From Owenia fusiformis (taxonomy: Eukaryota), in contig CAIIXF020000001.1 in the NCBI GenBank assembly GCA_903813345.2, forward strand, positions 29,946,001-30,010,000: a stretch of 64,000 bases of DNA, in the 5' to 3' direction. The translations under genes were made by a program, and so were the position numbers. The notes under the pieces were generated by a model that worked only from the letters and a program-made list of their open reading frames with translations, was not told where the DNA came from and did not search any database. Positions 37,201-49,800 of this stretch are shown in pieces; within the stretch, counting starts at the first letter, position 1, and each line of letters starts with the position of its first letter.

Positions 37201-40200
37201 GTCATGGTTGAATAATTCAAATTTTGAAACTTTAAAAAAATTACCTAGATCTAGTTGGTATATTAACAGCGTCACTTGATTTTTTTGCTTCCAAAAGTTC
37301 AATATTGAATTTATCCATCCACATCTGTTTGGGGTTGAAGTTGGTTTTTCTGCCGGCTGTTGATGTCCTCGTATGGTGTTTCATTTTGGTCAGAGACATA
37401 TTTCTTATTAATCCAAAAATATATCATACAATACTCCTCGTACTTAAATTTCTATTTTTCTTAATTTCTAATTGTTTTTAAATTGTTTGATATAAACTGC
37501 GTTATTTTATCTTCCCTTCTATTAAGCACTGCTTCAACTTAGAGCATCTGCTTGTTATTGTACCAAAAGTTCAAGCTGAACCGAAATAAAACTGCGTCAT
37601 GACTTTGTTTATCTCAGATGCCGGTACTAGGCATTAACATAAACTATAGGGGATTTCCTAACTATTCAAACTTCGCAATAGAAAACACTTTATCAGAGAT
37701 CACATGGGTTTGTTTACTAACAATAGCACGTGCTAGTTTTTAATTAGTTGCACGTATTTCAAACAAATTAGAAAAAACAGCTGATTTTATTTAAGCGGCT
37801 GATTCACAATCATTTGTTGGAATTCACCTCTATTGACTTCAAAACTGAACATTTGCCAAAAAACAGAAACCCATAAAATAATATGAACTCGGGATGTCAC
37901 ATTTGAAATTGAGGACAACTTTAGGTTAAAATTTAAGTACATGTAAAAGGGAAAACAATCATGTTACGTATATTGTGAAATAGTGCCAAGGTTCAGATCG
38001 ATCAATAAACAAAGATTACGAATTGGTATTGGTAGTTATACTATACAGGCCTCAACAGGATTGGTCCAATATCTAGTGTGTGTGTACATTAATCAACTTA
38101 ACGTTGAATGGTAAATCCAAGGCTAAGGGCAATATTAATACACATAGAGTGAAGTATGGATTTTACCTTACCAAGTTAACTATTAGGTCAGCATAAAGTA
38201 TAGCAACACTGTATAACGAGTAACTAAAATAGAAATTGAATAGGGTTGAGATTAACCGGTGAACTTGGATTACTTAACTCATATTGGTATAACGTCAACT
38301 TAGCTGACCCTGTATTGATGCAACTATTACAAATTATAGAAGCCACCTTATAAGTCAGGTCACTGCAAGTGAATGCATTTACCTGTAACTTTGCATCATC
38401 ATGGAGCTTTGTTAAATTTGTGTTAAGCAATCACTCCCGGCATCTCAGGTCAAAAATGTTTATACAACCTACTATTCCAAATTTTGTTATGGAGAAACAG
38501 CCAAATTTTAGGCAGAATAAAAAGAATTACTCAATATCTTCAGGCAGAATTATACATTTAACAATTTCTCACTGTAAAGGGCAACATTTGTAAGGTGATA
38601 AATTGGTGCTATAAAAGGTTAACCTTGACTTGATTGTCCTCACAGTATGTCCAATGTAAAGTGCAAATACAGGCAGTTTTTTATCAACCGATTCAAAAGC
38701 AGAATAGTATTTGATTGTGTGGGATCATTGGAGCCTTTTTCAGACCAGTTATATGTCAGTGTTCTCTAATATGTTTCAAGATAATGGGGGCAGAAAAAGT
38801 TGATTCAAATTCGTGAGTTACTTTGATAAGACTCCATATGGGAAAGAGTGGTAAAATGAGAGTCAATGAAAACTTTTGTGTGGTGAGTTGAGAAAACCCT
38901 CCTAATATCAACCTCACCAGTTTGGAAATCAAATAGCAGTTATACCATATGATATAACTAAATAAGAATGAACCCTTTTGTCCAGTCATAAAACTCAGAC
39001 AACCAGAACAACAACTGAATGAAGATGGTAATGAAGCCATCATAGTTTCATCATTTATGATTGCCACAACCCTGATATCATGAACACACCATTATCAGAT
39101 GAATCTATTAATAGTAGATTGTAAGTATTATAATATTAAATTGATAAAGGCATGTCCTGAACTGTTGCAGGAGATTGTTATATAACACATGTTTTACATG
39201 CATGTTCAATATTGAAAACCTTTCCATAACTGAAATACAAGACCATCTCCAAAGAACCTTTGAAACTGTTTATTATCAAAGATATTAACCATTATCAGTC
39301 AATGATCATGTTAGTTTCCATAGCAGGCAGATATATTCCTTGGGTGATCATCATAGAGCAAAACTATTCATTTACTGAATATCAATGAGAAACCATACAA
39401 CACATATTATTATCATATGATCTGTAAAATGAGGCCCATGATTGGTCAGTTCTTGTGCTGTACCAATCTGTATTGCTACTGAGGTTGTCCCTGTTGATCA
39501 TCTCCGTCGCAATACAGAAAATATTGGTACGGAGGGGACAATCTCAGTAGCAATACAGAGGATCACACGATAAAAATGTTATTGAATGATTTGAAGTGCA
39601 ATACAGGATAAATTCTGTCTCGATATTCTGTATTGGCACTCGACTTTGTCTCGTTCCAATACAAAATTTCCCGAACAGAATATATCCTGTATTGCACTTC
39701 AAATCATTCAATAACACAGTCAAGCTGTTGAGGGTACTGAGATGGCGAGGTATGGCAAGGGAACAGAGATGGTGAAGGTATTGCAATGAGGATGTACACT
39801 CTACAGTTATAATTTTATATAAGGTTTTACTTGGAGACCATCTGAACAACGAATATATTTTTACATATACCAAATCCATTAGAAGTCTACACGGTATTGG
39901 TTCATGCACGTAGTATTTTTCTCGAGGATGGATACATTGGCTGCTACATTATGTCTACTTGCTCTTTATGACATTATCTCTGCTAAATAGATCTTAATTT
40001 CTGTAGACTAGTGAACTATGGAAACTAAAGGTGAAGATTTAACATAAACCCTAGAATTTGGTACAGGCGGGAGCTTCTTTTTTAGTGGCAAAAATGTGGC
40101 AAAGTGGCCATAGGATATGTTAAATGTGATCAGTTTTGCAGCCTACTCTGTATAACCCTGATACATATACGAGTATATGAACACATCCAAATGAAATAAC

Positions 40201-40727
40201 AAATACCTCTGTTTAGGTCGAGGAACGGCAATAGAGCTGGAAACGGCACGTCGTTTAGTACTGGCAGCAGTTTCTGCATTGTCTCTAGTTGCGTGATAGT
40301 CTAGAACTTTTGAGTAGTTTGTGTCTGTGTCTTGGAGGCGGGCAGATTTTCTGGACTTGCATAATCTTAGGTCATCAATCTTTCTGATAACCTCAATATC
40401 ATCATGTATAGCTATACTGACGTCATCAGCATCTACATCATGAAAAACAACCACACCACTGATCTCCCGGCCTGAATGAGTGATGAACACTTTTTGACCT
40501 GATTTCAGTTGAAAAGACTGAATACTTTGAAATCCAGGTCCGATTATATCATTGTCGAAGAGTTGTATTTTGTGTCCATCATCGAATTCAATTGAGTACA
40601 GGCTGCGCCCGTTGGGAGCATCGCGAGAAGATTGAATAACACCGGGATAGAGGCGGTCATCTGTCCATTTTCCACACACCCTCGTACCGATGATAGAGCG
40701 TTTTGCTAACCGTTTTGAAGTCAGCAT
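31213..40727 (-). CDS. ZNF704: ZNF704/ZNF395/SLC2A4RG-like transcription factor (DUF4772-type N-terminus, C2H2 finger, C-terminal C-clamp), ~522 aa
   Basis: Exons 40727-40207, 35514-35366, 34125-33893, 33684-33584, 32531-32345, 31942-31790, 31437-31213 are in frame. Motifs: [69 protein letters not shown]-clamp [28 protein letters not shown]. Confidence 0.93.
37245..37399 (-). CDS. Putative alternative first coding exon of the ZNF704-like gene
   Basis: ATG-initiated 155-nt open frame [51 protein letters not shown](R). It ends at AG|gtaatt in phase 2, matching the phase of exon 35514-35366. Confidence 0.6.
39577..39716. repeat. ~60-bp-arm hairpin palindrome in ZNF704-like intron 1
   Basis: tgttattgaatgatttgaagtgcaatacaggata / tatcctgtattgcacttcaaatcattcaataaca. 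Confidence 0.85.
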
Positions 40728-40894
40728 ATTGTAGTCCGGGTATCAATTTGTTCCTACATTGAGTTTAGTGGTCATCAATTGTCTCTTAATCCACGGATTG
40801 CTGGAACAAACTTTGAAAAATCAACAGCTGATTTCTACCGGCAGCTAGGGTTTGTTTTGTTTTGGTACAGAAGGCGTGGCAAGAAGATAATAAT

Positions 40895-40975
40895 ATACAG
40901 ACCACGTGATCAAAATAAGCGCAAATGATTGGCTATTTCGTTGTACAGCGGTGTTTGATTGGTCAATATTGGTGC
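40895..40975 (-). promoter_or_regulatory. ZNF704-like distal promoter motifs (E-box, three CCAAT boxes)
   Basis: CACGTG at ~40903 and attgg at ~40928, 40958 and 40968, 170-250 bp upstream of the ATG at 40727. Confidence 0.45.
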
Positions 40976-41344
40976 TGCGCAAAAGTATGTGTCAATCAGC
41001 CGACATGTACAATAATACCCATAACTAGGCCAGCGAGAAACGGCGCTCATTTTGTTGTTATTTGGGGTCATTCCCTTGAACTGAATGAGGTGAAAAATGA
41101 GAACAACTGAACTCATCTTGTAGGATTTCACATCTTTACAGGAAAATGTAAAGGCAATTATCTGACAAAAATAACGAGAAACAGTACAGTTCCAGGCCAT
41201 GACCTCTTGATAAACAAATGCAGATTGGTTGTGCCATATCGATCGCTATTTGTGCAAAAGGCCTGGAGGATTGTTCTCTCGCATTGTGATATTCTCCATT
41301 GATTGTGATGGAGTTACAGAATTACAGCTACCGATCATTGTGTT

Positions 41345-42105
41345 GCACCAGTGTTTGTGCATTGTGTTGGCAAAAGTGGTTGCACCAGTGATTGAGTATT
41401 GTGTTGGCAAAAGTGGTTGCACTAGTGTTTGTGCATTGTGTTGGCACAAGTGGGTTGCACCAGTGATTGAGTATTGTGTTGGCAAAAGTGGTTGCACCAG
41501 TGATTGAGTATTGTGTTGGCAAAAGTGGTTGCACCAGTGAGTGAGCATTGTGTTGGCAAAAGTGGTTGCTCCAGTGATTGAGCATTGTTTTGGCAAAAGT
41601 GGTTGCACCAGTGATTGAGCATTATGCTTGCAAAAGTGGTTGCACCAGTGATTGTGCATAGTGTTGGCACAAGTGGGTTGCATCAGTGATTGAGCATTGT
41701 GTTGGCACAAGTGGGTTGCATCAGTGATTGAGCATTGTGTTGGCAAAAGTGGTTGCACCAGTGATTGAGCATTATGCTGGCAAAAGTGGTTGCACCAGTG
41801 ATTGAGCATAGTGTTGGCACCAGTGGGTTGCATCAGTGATTGAGCATTGTGTTGGCACAAGTGGGTTGCATCAGTGATTGAGCATTGTGTTGGCAAAATT
41901 GGTTGCACCAGTGATTGAGCATTGTTTTGGCAAAAGTGGTTGCACCAGTGATTGAGCATTGTGTTGGCAAAAGTGGTTGCACCAGTGATTGAGCATTGTG
42001 TTGGCACAAGTGGTTGCACCAGCGATTGAACATCATGCTTGCAAAAGTGGTTACATCAGTGATTGCGCATTGTGTTGACACAAGTGGTAAGAGTTGCACC
42101 AGTAT
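41345..42105. repeat. Minisatellite, 37/38-bp unit, ~20 copies
   Basis: Consensus gcaccagtgattgagcattgtgttggcaaaagtggtt; unit starts at 41457, 41494, 41531; no unique spacers. Confidence 0.95.
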
Positions 42106-43539
42106 TGAATCAGTTGGTACGAGTGGGATGTACCCAATGCATATGTTGGTATGAATGGGTTGTTCTTGTAATGGCATAAGTGTTCTGTTTGTTAGTTTCA
42201 CTAGTCATCTAGTGGTGCTTATATTGTGTTATGCATGTGTAAGGCTCAATTGGTGTCTTTGAATATAGCCTAAAACTGAAGACAGCAACTCCATGGAGTT
42301 GACAATCCCACTGAACAAAATATATTTTTATCAAATCACTTATCATTTGACATTTCACAACACAAATTAGCCAAGAAGTCAAAAATTACATTTTTTCATG
42401 AAAAATGATGGGCATTTTGAAACAGAATTTTTTTAAAGACGAGCATATACTTGAAGCTGAAAGATAAAAATTTGGACTAAATCTGGAAATTACATAGTTC
42501 CCGAATTTGGCAGCCACCTTAAGAATTCATTTTTTGACATATACATTATGTTCTTAGATGTCAGCCTACAAAATTAAATCAAATCTGGTAAATGGTGTTT
42601 GTCGGTCATTTTGAATTGATTGGCCTTACTGGAAATTCCTTCTTAAGCTGAAGTCCTATGCCCATAAGGATTCAGCCTACAAAAAATGAACCAAATCCAT
42701 CAACTAGCATCAACAGAGTTATCCTTCGGACAAGTTCTCTATATCCCTCACAAACTATGTTTAGTGGGATAATGAGATCATGGTTAATTTACTGGAGACA
42801 ATGTTGCAGGCTCATGAAGAAGCTTAGAATTTTACTCTCAAAAGAATCTGTAGTGTATGTTATCAATTGGCATACAAACTCTCCTGGAGACCACTTTTCT
42901 TATAAGTTTGGATACAAAGTTTGTTTATGGATGCCTGTTTTTTAACTTTTTTACGAGATCAAGGAACCATCTTGGATAATGGGTTTCAAACTGATATAAC
43001 ACATTGAAACTGACCACTTCATGAAATAAGTTTTACGTACAAATGATAGCATTTTGACAAATGTCAACCATTTCATATCCAAGTGAGATTCTAATCACTA
43101 ATACAGCTGAACAAATATGAAGCAATTTGAGTTAATCTGGCAGTTAGGAAGGCTTTTCTCAGCTACTTTTTACATATTTCATGTATGTGGTCTTCATACT
43201 CCATCTGGGATCCTTAAATATCACAAATGTCATGGAGAATCTTGAATTTAATAATGAAAGAACTAGGAAAATTATCTTCCAGAGAATTATTTGCTTTCTA
43301 CTGCTCAATTTCTCTGAATTACATCAAAATGATACAGTTGAATATGTTAAACATGAACATATCATCTGTCACCACTGTCATCGATGTTAGTTGGGCCACC
43401 ATAAACACAACATTAACTTTATATTTTATATCAATGTATAGCATTTATTGTGGTTTATTTCAATAGCATATACAAGTAGTGTAACATACATTGTTAAACA
43501 ATAAATGAGAAAAATTTAAGAATCCTGAATCCTAAGAGT

Positions 43540-44881
43540 TCAATAACTCAGATGCGAGTAGGTAGTTAACAGTTTCACCACCAGGAGGCTCATTCGAGTC
43601 AGATAGCATGGGGGGTAAAGTAAAAAGTTCCCTCTAACTTAAATATTCATCAGTTTTAGTGGTTCAATTTATATCACCCTTATGTATCTAAAAGTTATGT
43701 AAACCAGAACAACGGCAACGCCAAAGCGTAGCAAATCCCATCGAACAGAAATGGCTGGCATTTTTACAAACGAAATATATAGCAAACTTTAAAATGGTGG
43801 CCAATTTTCATAATGGCCGCCTTCTACCAAAAGTGTCATTAGACAGTGTGCCATGCTTATAGTATTCACATACCAAATATGAACAAAATCGCTCTACTAC
43901 TTTTCAAGTTATAGTAAAATATGTTAAATTGGCGGCCATTTTTCAAAATGGCCGCCTTTTACCAAAAGTGTCATTAGACAGTGTGCCATGCTTATAGTAT
44001 TCACAAACCAAATATGAAAAAAAATCGCTCCACTACTTTTTGAGTTATAGTAAAATATGTTAAAATGGCGGCCATTTTTTAAAATGGCGGCCATTTTTCA
44101 AAATGGTGGCCATTTTTCAAAATGGCCGCCTCATACCAAAAATGTCATTAGATAGTGGGCCATGCTTATAGTATTCACATACCAAATATGAACAAAATTG
44201 CTCCACTACTTCTCGAGTTACAGCAAAAATCGTAAAATAACGAGTAAAGGCCGCCATTTTTCAAGATGGCTGCCATGTGCTTCTTTAATATCTACATTTC
44301 TAGCTTTATCAATGTCCTATATAATTTTTTTACATTTAAAACATATTGTTATTACAGTTTTACATATGGCACCTAAATTACTGTAAAATCAGCACTAAAA
44401 TGGCCGCCATTTTTAAATGAGTGGCCATTTTGAAAATCGGCTTTCGAGCAGAACTTCTACCCCATAGGGTATATGTGTACAAAATATGAACAAAATCGGG
44501 CCAACGGTATTTGAGTTATTGCCCGGACGGACGGACGGACGTACGTACGGACGTACGGAGGCATTCCCTATATCCCTCCGAACTTCGTTCGATGGGATAA
44601 TTAAAATATGTTATAAAAGAAAATGTTATCTGTCCAATTCAAGAAAAGATATTTCACTATTTTTGCGGTTTAATAACATGGGGTCTATGACTCTATGGGG
44701 AATCTCCCGGACTACAAGTCACATTTTCAAAAAAATTAAAGTTTCAAAGTTAATAGACAATTTTTGAAATCATATTTCTAGATGAGCTTTTACAGATTTC
44801 AAATATGACATCACTTTGACTGAATCTTGAATATATAATTAAGTAAATCAAGATTATTTCTACTCGCATCTAGTCTATTGA
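43540..44881. mobile_element. TIR element interrupted by a Helentron-like insertion
   Basis: TIR agatgcgagta (43550-43560) / tactcgcatct (44861-44871); both halves match the uninterrupted copy near 905-1205. Confidence 0.6.
43702..44602 (-). mobile_element. Helentron/HINE-like non-autonomous element with three tandem core repeats
   Basis: accaaaagtgtcattagacagtgtgccatgcttatagtattcac x3; aaaatggcggccattt repeats; (ggac)n tract and terminal stem-loop; ends match 21263-22437 in reverse complement. Confidence 0.75.
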
Positions 44882-45791
44882 TTAAAGAATAAATTATATA
44901 AACAATAATATCAATAACAATATGCTTCGAGATCTTCATGTACATGTAGATACATTAGGAATCATCAAAATGGTTTGATGGAAACAAAACTATACTTTAT
45001 CTTGAGTCTCTCGAACATATACATACATGTATATAAAACTGTACACTGTCAGAAAATCAATGTTAGATGTTACTACCAACAAAATGAAACTGCTCATAGC
45101 CTTTTAGAAGGACTTTTTCTAGTAACAATTCTGATTCTTAATGACACCAAAATGTTTTCAATTCATAATAATCTGTAACTTATCTTATCAATTATCATTA
45201 TCAATTGACAAACCAATATTTTCTAAATATATAAAACCTTGAAAAAATTACTCACTTCTAGGTTTGATAATTTCAGAAATGCTTTATCAAACTCTTGATT
45301 GTGCAAGTTACATTTTGCATTGAGTTTTTTCAAGGTTTGCTACTTTCAGAAAAGGTTTTATCAAACTATTGATTGTGCAAGTTGATCATTACCACTTCAA
45401 AGTATTCTGCAGTTTAGAACATCAATGTCAAAATGTGATTCCTCACTAAATACAAAGGTATGGGTAATCAATCTGTAATCAGAAATTTCTCCTTCTTCCT
45501 AAATGTATTCATTGATAACTTTTTATCATAATTTTTGAGAATAATGTATCTCCACATTATTGGTGACATCATGACATAATTGTCCACATGAAGGTTGATA
45601 ATACAGACTGGTTGTACTTCGGTTCCTGAAATCCTGGAAGAGACTTATATTTATAACACATACCCATACAATGACTTCACTTAAATGCAGATTTCATAGA
45701 TTCTTACCTTTTCAGATGATGGTTGGATTCCCACCAACTGGCTGGTGACAGGAGTAGATCAGTAGTTTTAAAATATAATGGCAAAGCAGAT

Positions 45792-45920
45792 CATGACAAC
45801 GGGGAAGCAGAACATGACAACGGGAAAGCAACACATGACAACGGGGAAGCAGAACATGACAACGGGAAAGCAACACATGACAACAAGAAAGTAGAATTTG
45901 ACAATGGGAAAGCAGAATTT
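45792..45920. repeat. 21-bp tandem repeat, ~6 copies
   Basis: catgacaacggggaagcagaa alternating with catgacaacgggaaagcaaca. Confidence 0.85.
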
Positions 45921-46429
45921 ATTTGACAATGCATTAGGACTACCCCTAGCCCAAACAAGGAATGTTCAAATACACCCATGCATCCACCTTTCACAAACAA
46001 GCATAGCCACTTATCAAATAGCATCACTGCTTGAAATATATTCACTGAACTACATGTTCATGATTTTAATTGTAGGCTGATTTTAGTTGAAGGCTCATTT
46101 AGGTTCTCCTCTTGCATCTTTTCAGTTTATGATCCAATTTTTTTCAATTTCAAACTTCACTCACTTTTCTCTAAATTCGTTATATTCCTGCAATGTTATA
46201 GGTTTCCAACTCTACTGTTGTGCTGACACAAAGGGACAAAGTAATTCACAATAATCCAAACATACCAGTAGTCCAGTACCTTCCTTTTCCATGTTTAAGG
46301 GACTCAAAAATGAGTCAACTAGCTGCAAAAACTGCAAAATCCTGGCAGTATGTAAACTGCACCTGAGTCTGTCTTTGACTCAACCCTTTCTGTAACTATC
46401 ACAGCTTGAGATATCTCTTGCTCTAAATA

Positions 46430-46824
46430 CAGGGCATCCACAAAAAAAAGTAAACCCAACATCAAAGCCAAATTACCTGAATCCTGAGCACTTTTCAAAA
46501 AATACATAGGTAGCAGTAGAAAGCCTAATTTGTTCTCCATCAAATGGTAACTAGATAATTATGTAACTGTCATGAACGACTGAGCACAAAAAGCAATTCA
46601 CTGTGTCAATCCTACTTAAATGCAAAGCTGGCACAGTGCTGATTTTATCACTACATAAAAGTCAGGATTGCTCAGTCACCCATGACAGTTATGTAATTAT
46701 CTAGTTACTGTTTCATGGAGGACAAACTGGGCTTTTTACTGCTACCTTTGTATTTGTACAAAAACTGCTCAGAATTCTAGTATCCTGGCTTTGAAGTTGG
46801 GTATACTTTTTGGTGAACACCCTG
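46430..46824. mobile_element. Tc1/mariner-like foldback MITE
   Basis: TA|caggg...ccctg|TA with ~155-bp imperfect inverted arms. Confidence 0.8.
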
Positions 46825-49800
46825 TAGTATGCATGGAGTGTTCCTTGATTGCTACATATTATGTACAATACATGTACTTATTTTCAATAAAGAAGAGGTA
46901 GAGCTCCCTTCAAATGTACATACCTTGTGACCTTGCTTTGCTCTCTTCAACATACATGAGAGTTATGTACTGGGAGGTTTTGAATACAGTATTTATCCTG
47001 AAGGAAATATGTTATATTCCACACTTCGTCATGATTTGGTATATTATTTTCATTGGTTTTTCAACAGTGGGCAGGATAAAGCTTAACATCCTGGCTAACT
47101 GGATAATGTATACATATTATCATATCTGGCCACCATGGGAAAATTTAAAAGAAATTTGAAAAAATAGTTTTGTGGGGAAAAATATGTTATCTCACAAATA
47201 TCAACTCTATTTTATTAAGAAATACCTGAATTTGAAGCAGTATCCCAAAATTTTCAGATGGCATTAACAGATTATCCTGTAGTTGGTTCACAAAATGTGG
47301 CCCTCATTCAGATATATGATATTACCCTCAGGATAATCCCAATATCCTGAACCTTATATATGATCATCTTTATTTCTCCCTTTAAAGATACAAATATTTC
47401 CCCCGGGATAAATAAACTCTATATTCAAAACCAACCATACGTAACTGATGAATTCTGTTTCTTTCTGAACCTCAGTAGGTACGGATATATGTACATATAA
47501 CCCATCACCTCCCTCTCATGCAGGTTCATATGTACTTACATTATTCCATACAATATACCTGTGGCCACTGTGTGTATTGTGACCAATCTGTGTATAGTAC
47601 CAAACAGAACTCCGCTTGTGTGTTTGAGGAATAACTATTGTACTATACCATATTTGACCATCCACCTGAAAAGGAAAGTTACATTTACATTAATAGAGAT
47701 ATATAAAATATTACCATTAAACTGTTTACTTTTACATAATGTAATATTAATCATTTATTTACTTTATAGCCTATACAATATTTTCAATAAAGAGAACTGA
47801 CATTTAAAATAACTATCTTAGCATAGCATTCAAACGCATAAACTTATTTTATCATTTACCACTAAATAATAATTTTACAGAAATGAAGATAGGTCAGAGA
47901 GATTGAACCGTAGTCGATACAGATTTCTATTTTCAATTTCAATGAAATTATAGTGACTTTCATGAGGCACATTAAATGTTTAATGATTTCAGATTTCAAA
48001 TTAAATATTTTATTTTTTGTGGCTTTCAAAATAAGTTACTTCAGCCACATGTTTATACAATGTCCACTTGACTACTTACATAGGGACGCAATTTTTCATT
48101 TATTTGGTTATAATGGATAGCATAACTTTATGAAAATGCCAATAAGCAGTAAGGTGCATTAGAGCAGATTTTTGTTATTGCTTAATTAGATCAAGTATGT
48201 AATGAGAATTAATTAGGTTGACTATTGATTTATCTTATCAGTCAAAGCAGAATCATCATGATCCATAATAAATTCATATTGGGTGCACTTTATTATTTAT
48301 TTTTTAACCATTGTGGGCATTACTGCAACCTCACTGCAAATTGGCAACATTATTATTTTCATCGTAAATCCTATTATTTCGTTACTTTACCTTCGTTTGT
48401 TGAGTTTTTGGTGGTATCTAGTTGTACATCAGTTTTATATGGTGGTCAGCTTTTAAGTTAGGCTTCTTATTATCCAGTTGGAATATTCACAAATGATTTA
48501 GCCTATTTCAGGGCTGAATTGCATTTAGTGAACCATTTGCTGTTATAGCCCTAACATCCATTTTTGCCTTTTGAGGGCTTATAGATCACATTAAGTTCAT
48601 AGCGTGTGTTTCAACTGTATCGGTAATAGTAATAATAGTAGGTCATTCCATATATTACATTTAAATCAAATCATTTATTTGCAAATTGAACCAGGCTTCT
48701 CAAAATGCATATTGACACCGAAACACTCCAATAATCTTTAAAGGGGTAGTGCTTCATTAATCAAGAATAAATGTTATTTCAAAGGTCATCTACAATGTCT
48801 CAAATTGTTTTTATGAAAGAAAATTCTGTCAAAACTTGATTTAACAGATGCAAATTAAGTATGAAGCACAACCACTTTAAATCTAATTTTTGGAGATTCT
48901 ATGTTTTGAACATGAAACTATAAATTGAAATCTGTGCAGTTACCAAGAAAAAGTTAAGGGTTAAAGATAGAGATTAATAACATGTTATGCTATTAACATA
49001 TTTGCCAGTGAAAATGACAATAATTTACATCTGTCAGCTTAACTACTACAATATCATGCAGCGCAACATTTTATTTGAAATGTTATGAATATTATACAAG
49101 AAAGTTAATAAAAATGTGTGCGTATAAATCCTTTTTTAGTGCTGAGGTACAATATCACTTCCAAACGAGTAAACAACCTTTAATGTTATAAGATAATTCT
49201 CGTAAAGTGATTCAACTTTTCCAAATAACAGGAAGTATTGTGTTATATCTAATCTAGCTTATTTTTTGAGAGCTTATCATTCATACTGGTAAAATGAGAA
49301 TTTTATAAACAAATCCACATTTAAATAATTAGTTTAGGTAAATTCCTTTATATTGTTCACAGACACATGGCAAATTAATATGATTTCTGTTTGTACAGAA
49401 ATCTTCAAATTCTTGACGTAAGACATAAAGATTCTATACCTAAAATATGTAATATTCAATACCTAACATGGATAACTACAAGAAACATTTTTTAATATGT
49501 TCAGATTTATAGTTTCCCTCTGGTTCACACATGTATTTTACTTTCTCATTTTCCAAAAGTCCAAAATGGTATTTTTTATTCATATATTTTAATATTGTCA
49601 ATTTTTCTCTAAGAAAGGGCTTTTTCATTTTAGTAAAAAAAACATGACTGTTACATAATAAAACCATTAAGCAAAAAACAAAACAAAAAGTAACAAGTAA
49701 TGAAATGCCTCGATTGCAAGAAATAAAAATAATGAAAATATGATAAAAAAAAAATATACAGACACTTGTAAATTTCAAAACATATTTTCAAAGGCTCATA

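Larger units (their letters stand above)
42790..47665 (-). pseudogene. Decayed multi-exon gene of unidentified family
   Basis: Blocks bounded by canonical AG/GT sites (47665-47226, 46997-46924, 46187-46165, donor at 45708, 45633-45256) plus a block at ~43398-42790. They translate to protein-like text (VWYYTQIGHNTHSGHRYIVW, GSGYWDYPEGNIIYL, INTVFKTSQYITLMYVEE, HYPRWFLDLVKKLKNRHP) interrupted by several in-frame stops. Confidence 0.45.

Noticed and set aside
41345..42105. CRISPR-like array (37-bp periodicity)
   Set aside because: Units are contiguous with no unique spacers, there are no cas genes, and the context is eukaryotic.
41246..42201. Overlapping repetitive ORFs (257, 122, 85, 82 aa) as genes
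   Set aside because: By-products of a stop-poor minisatellite read in all frames; no splice or domain support.
45723..46045. ORFs with HDNGEAE / SASPLSC repeats
   Set aside because: Produced by a 21-bp tandem repeat within a decayed region.
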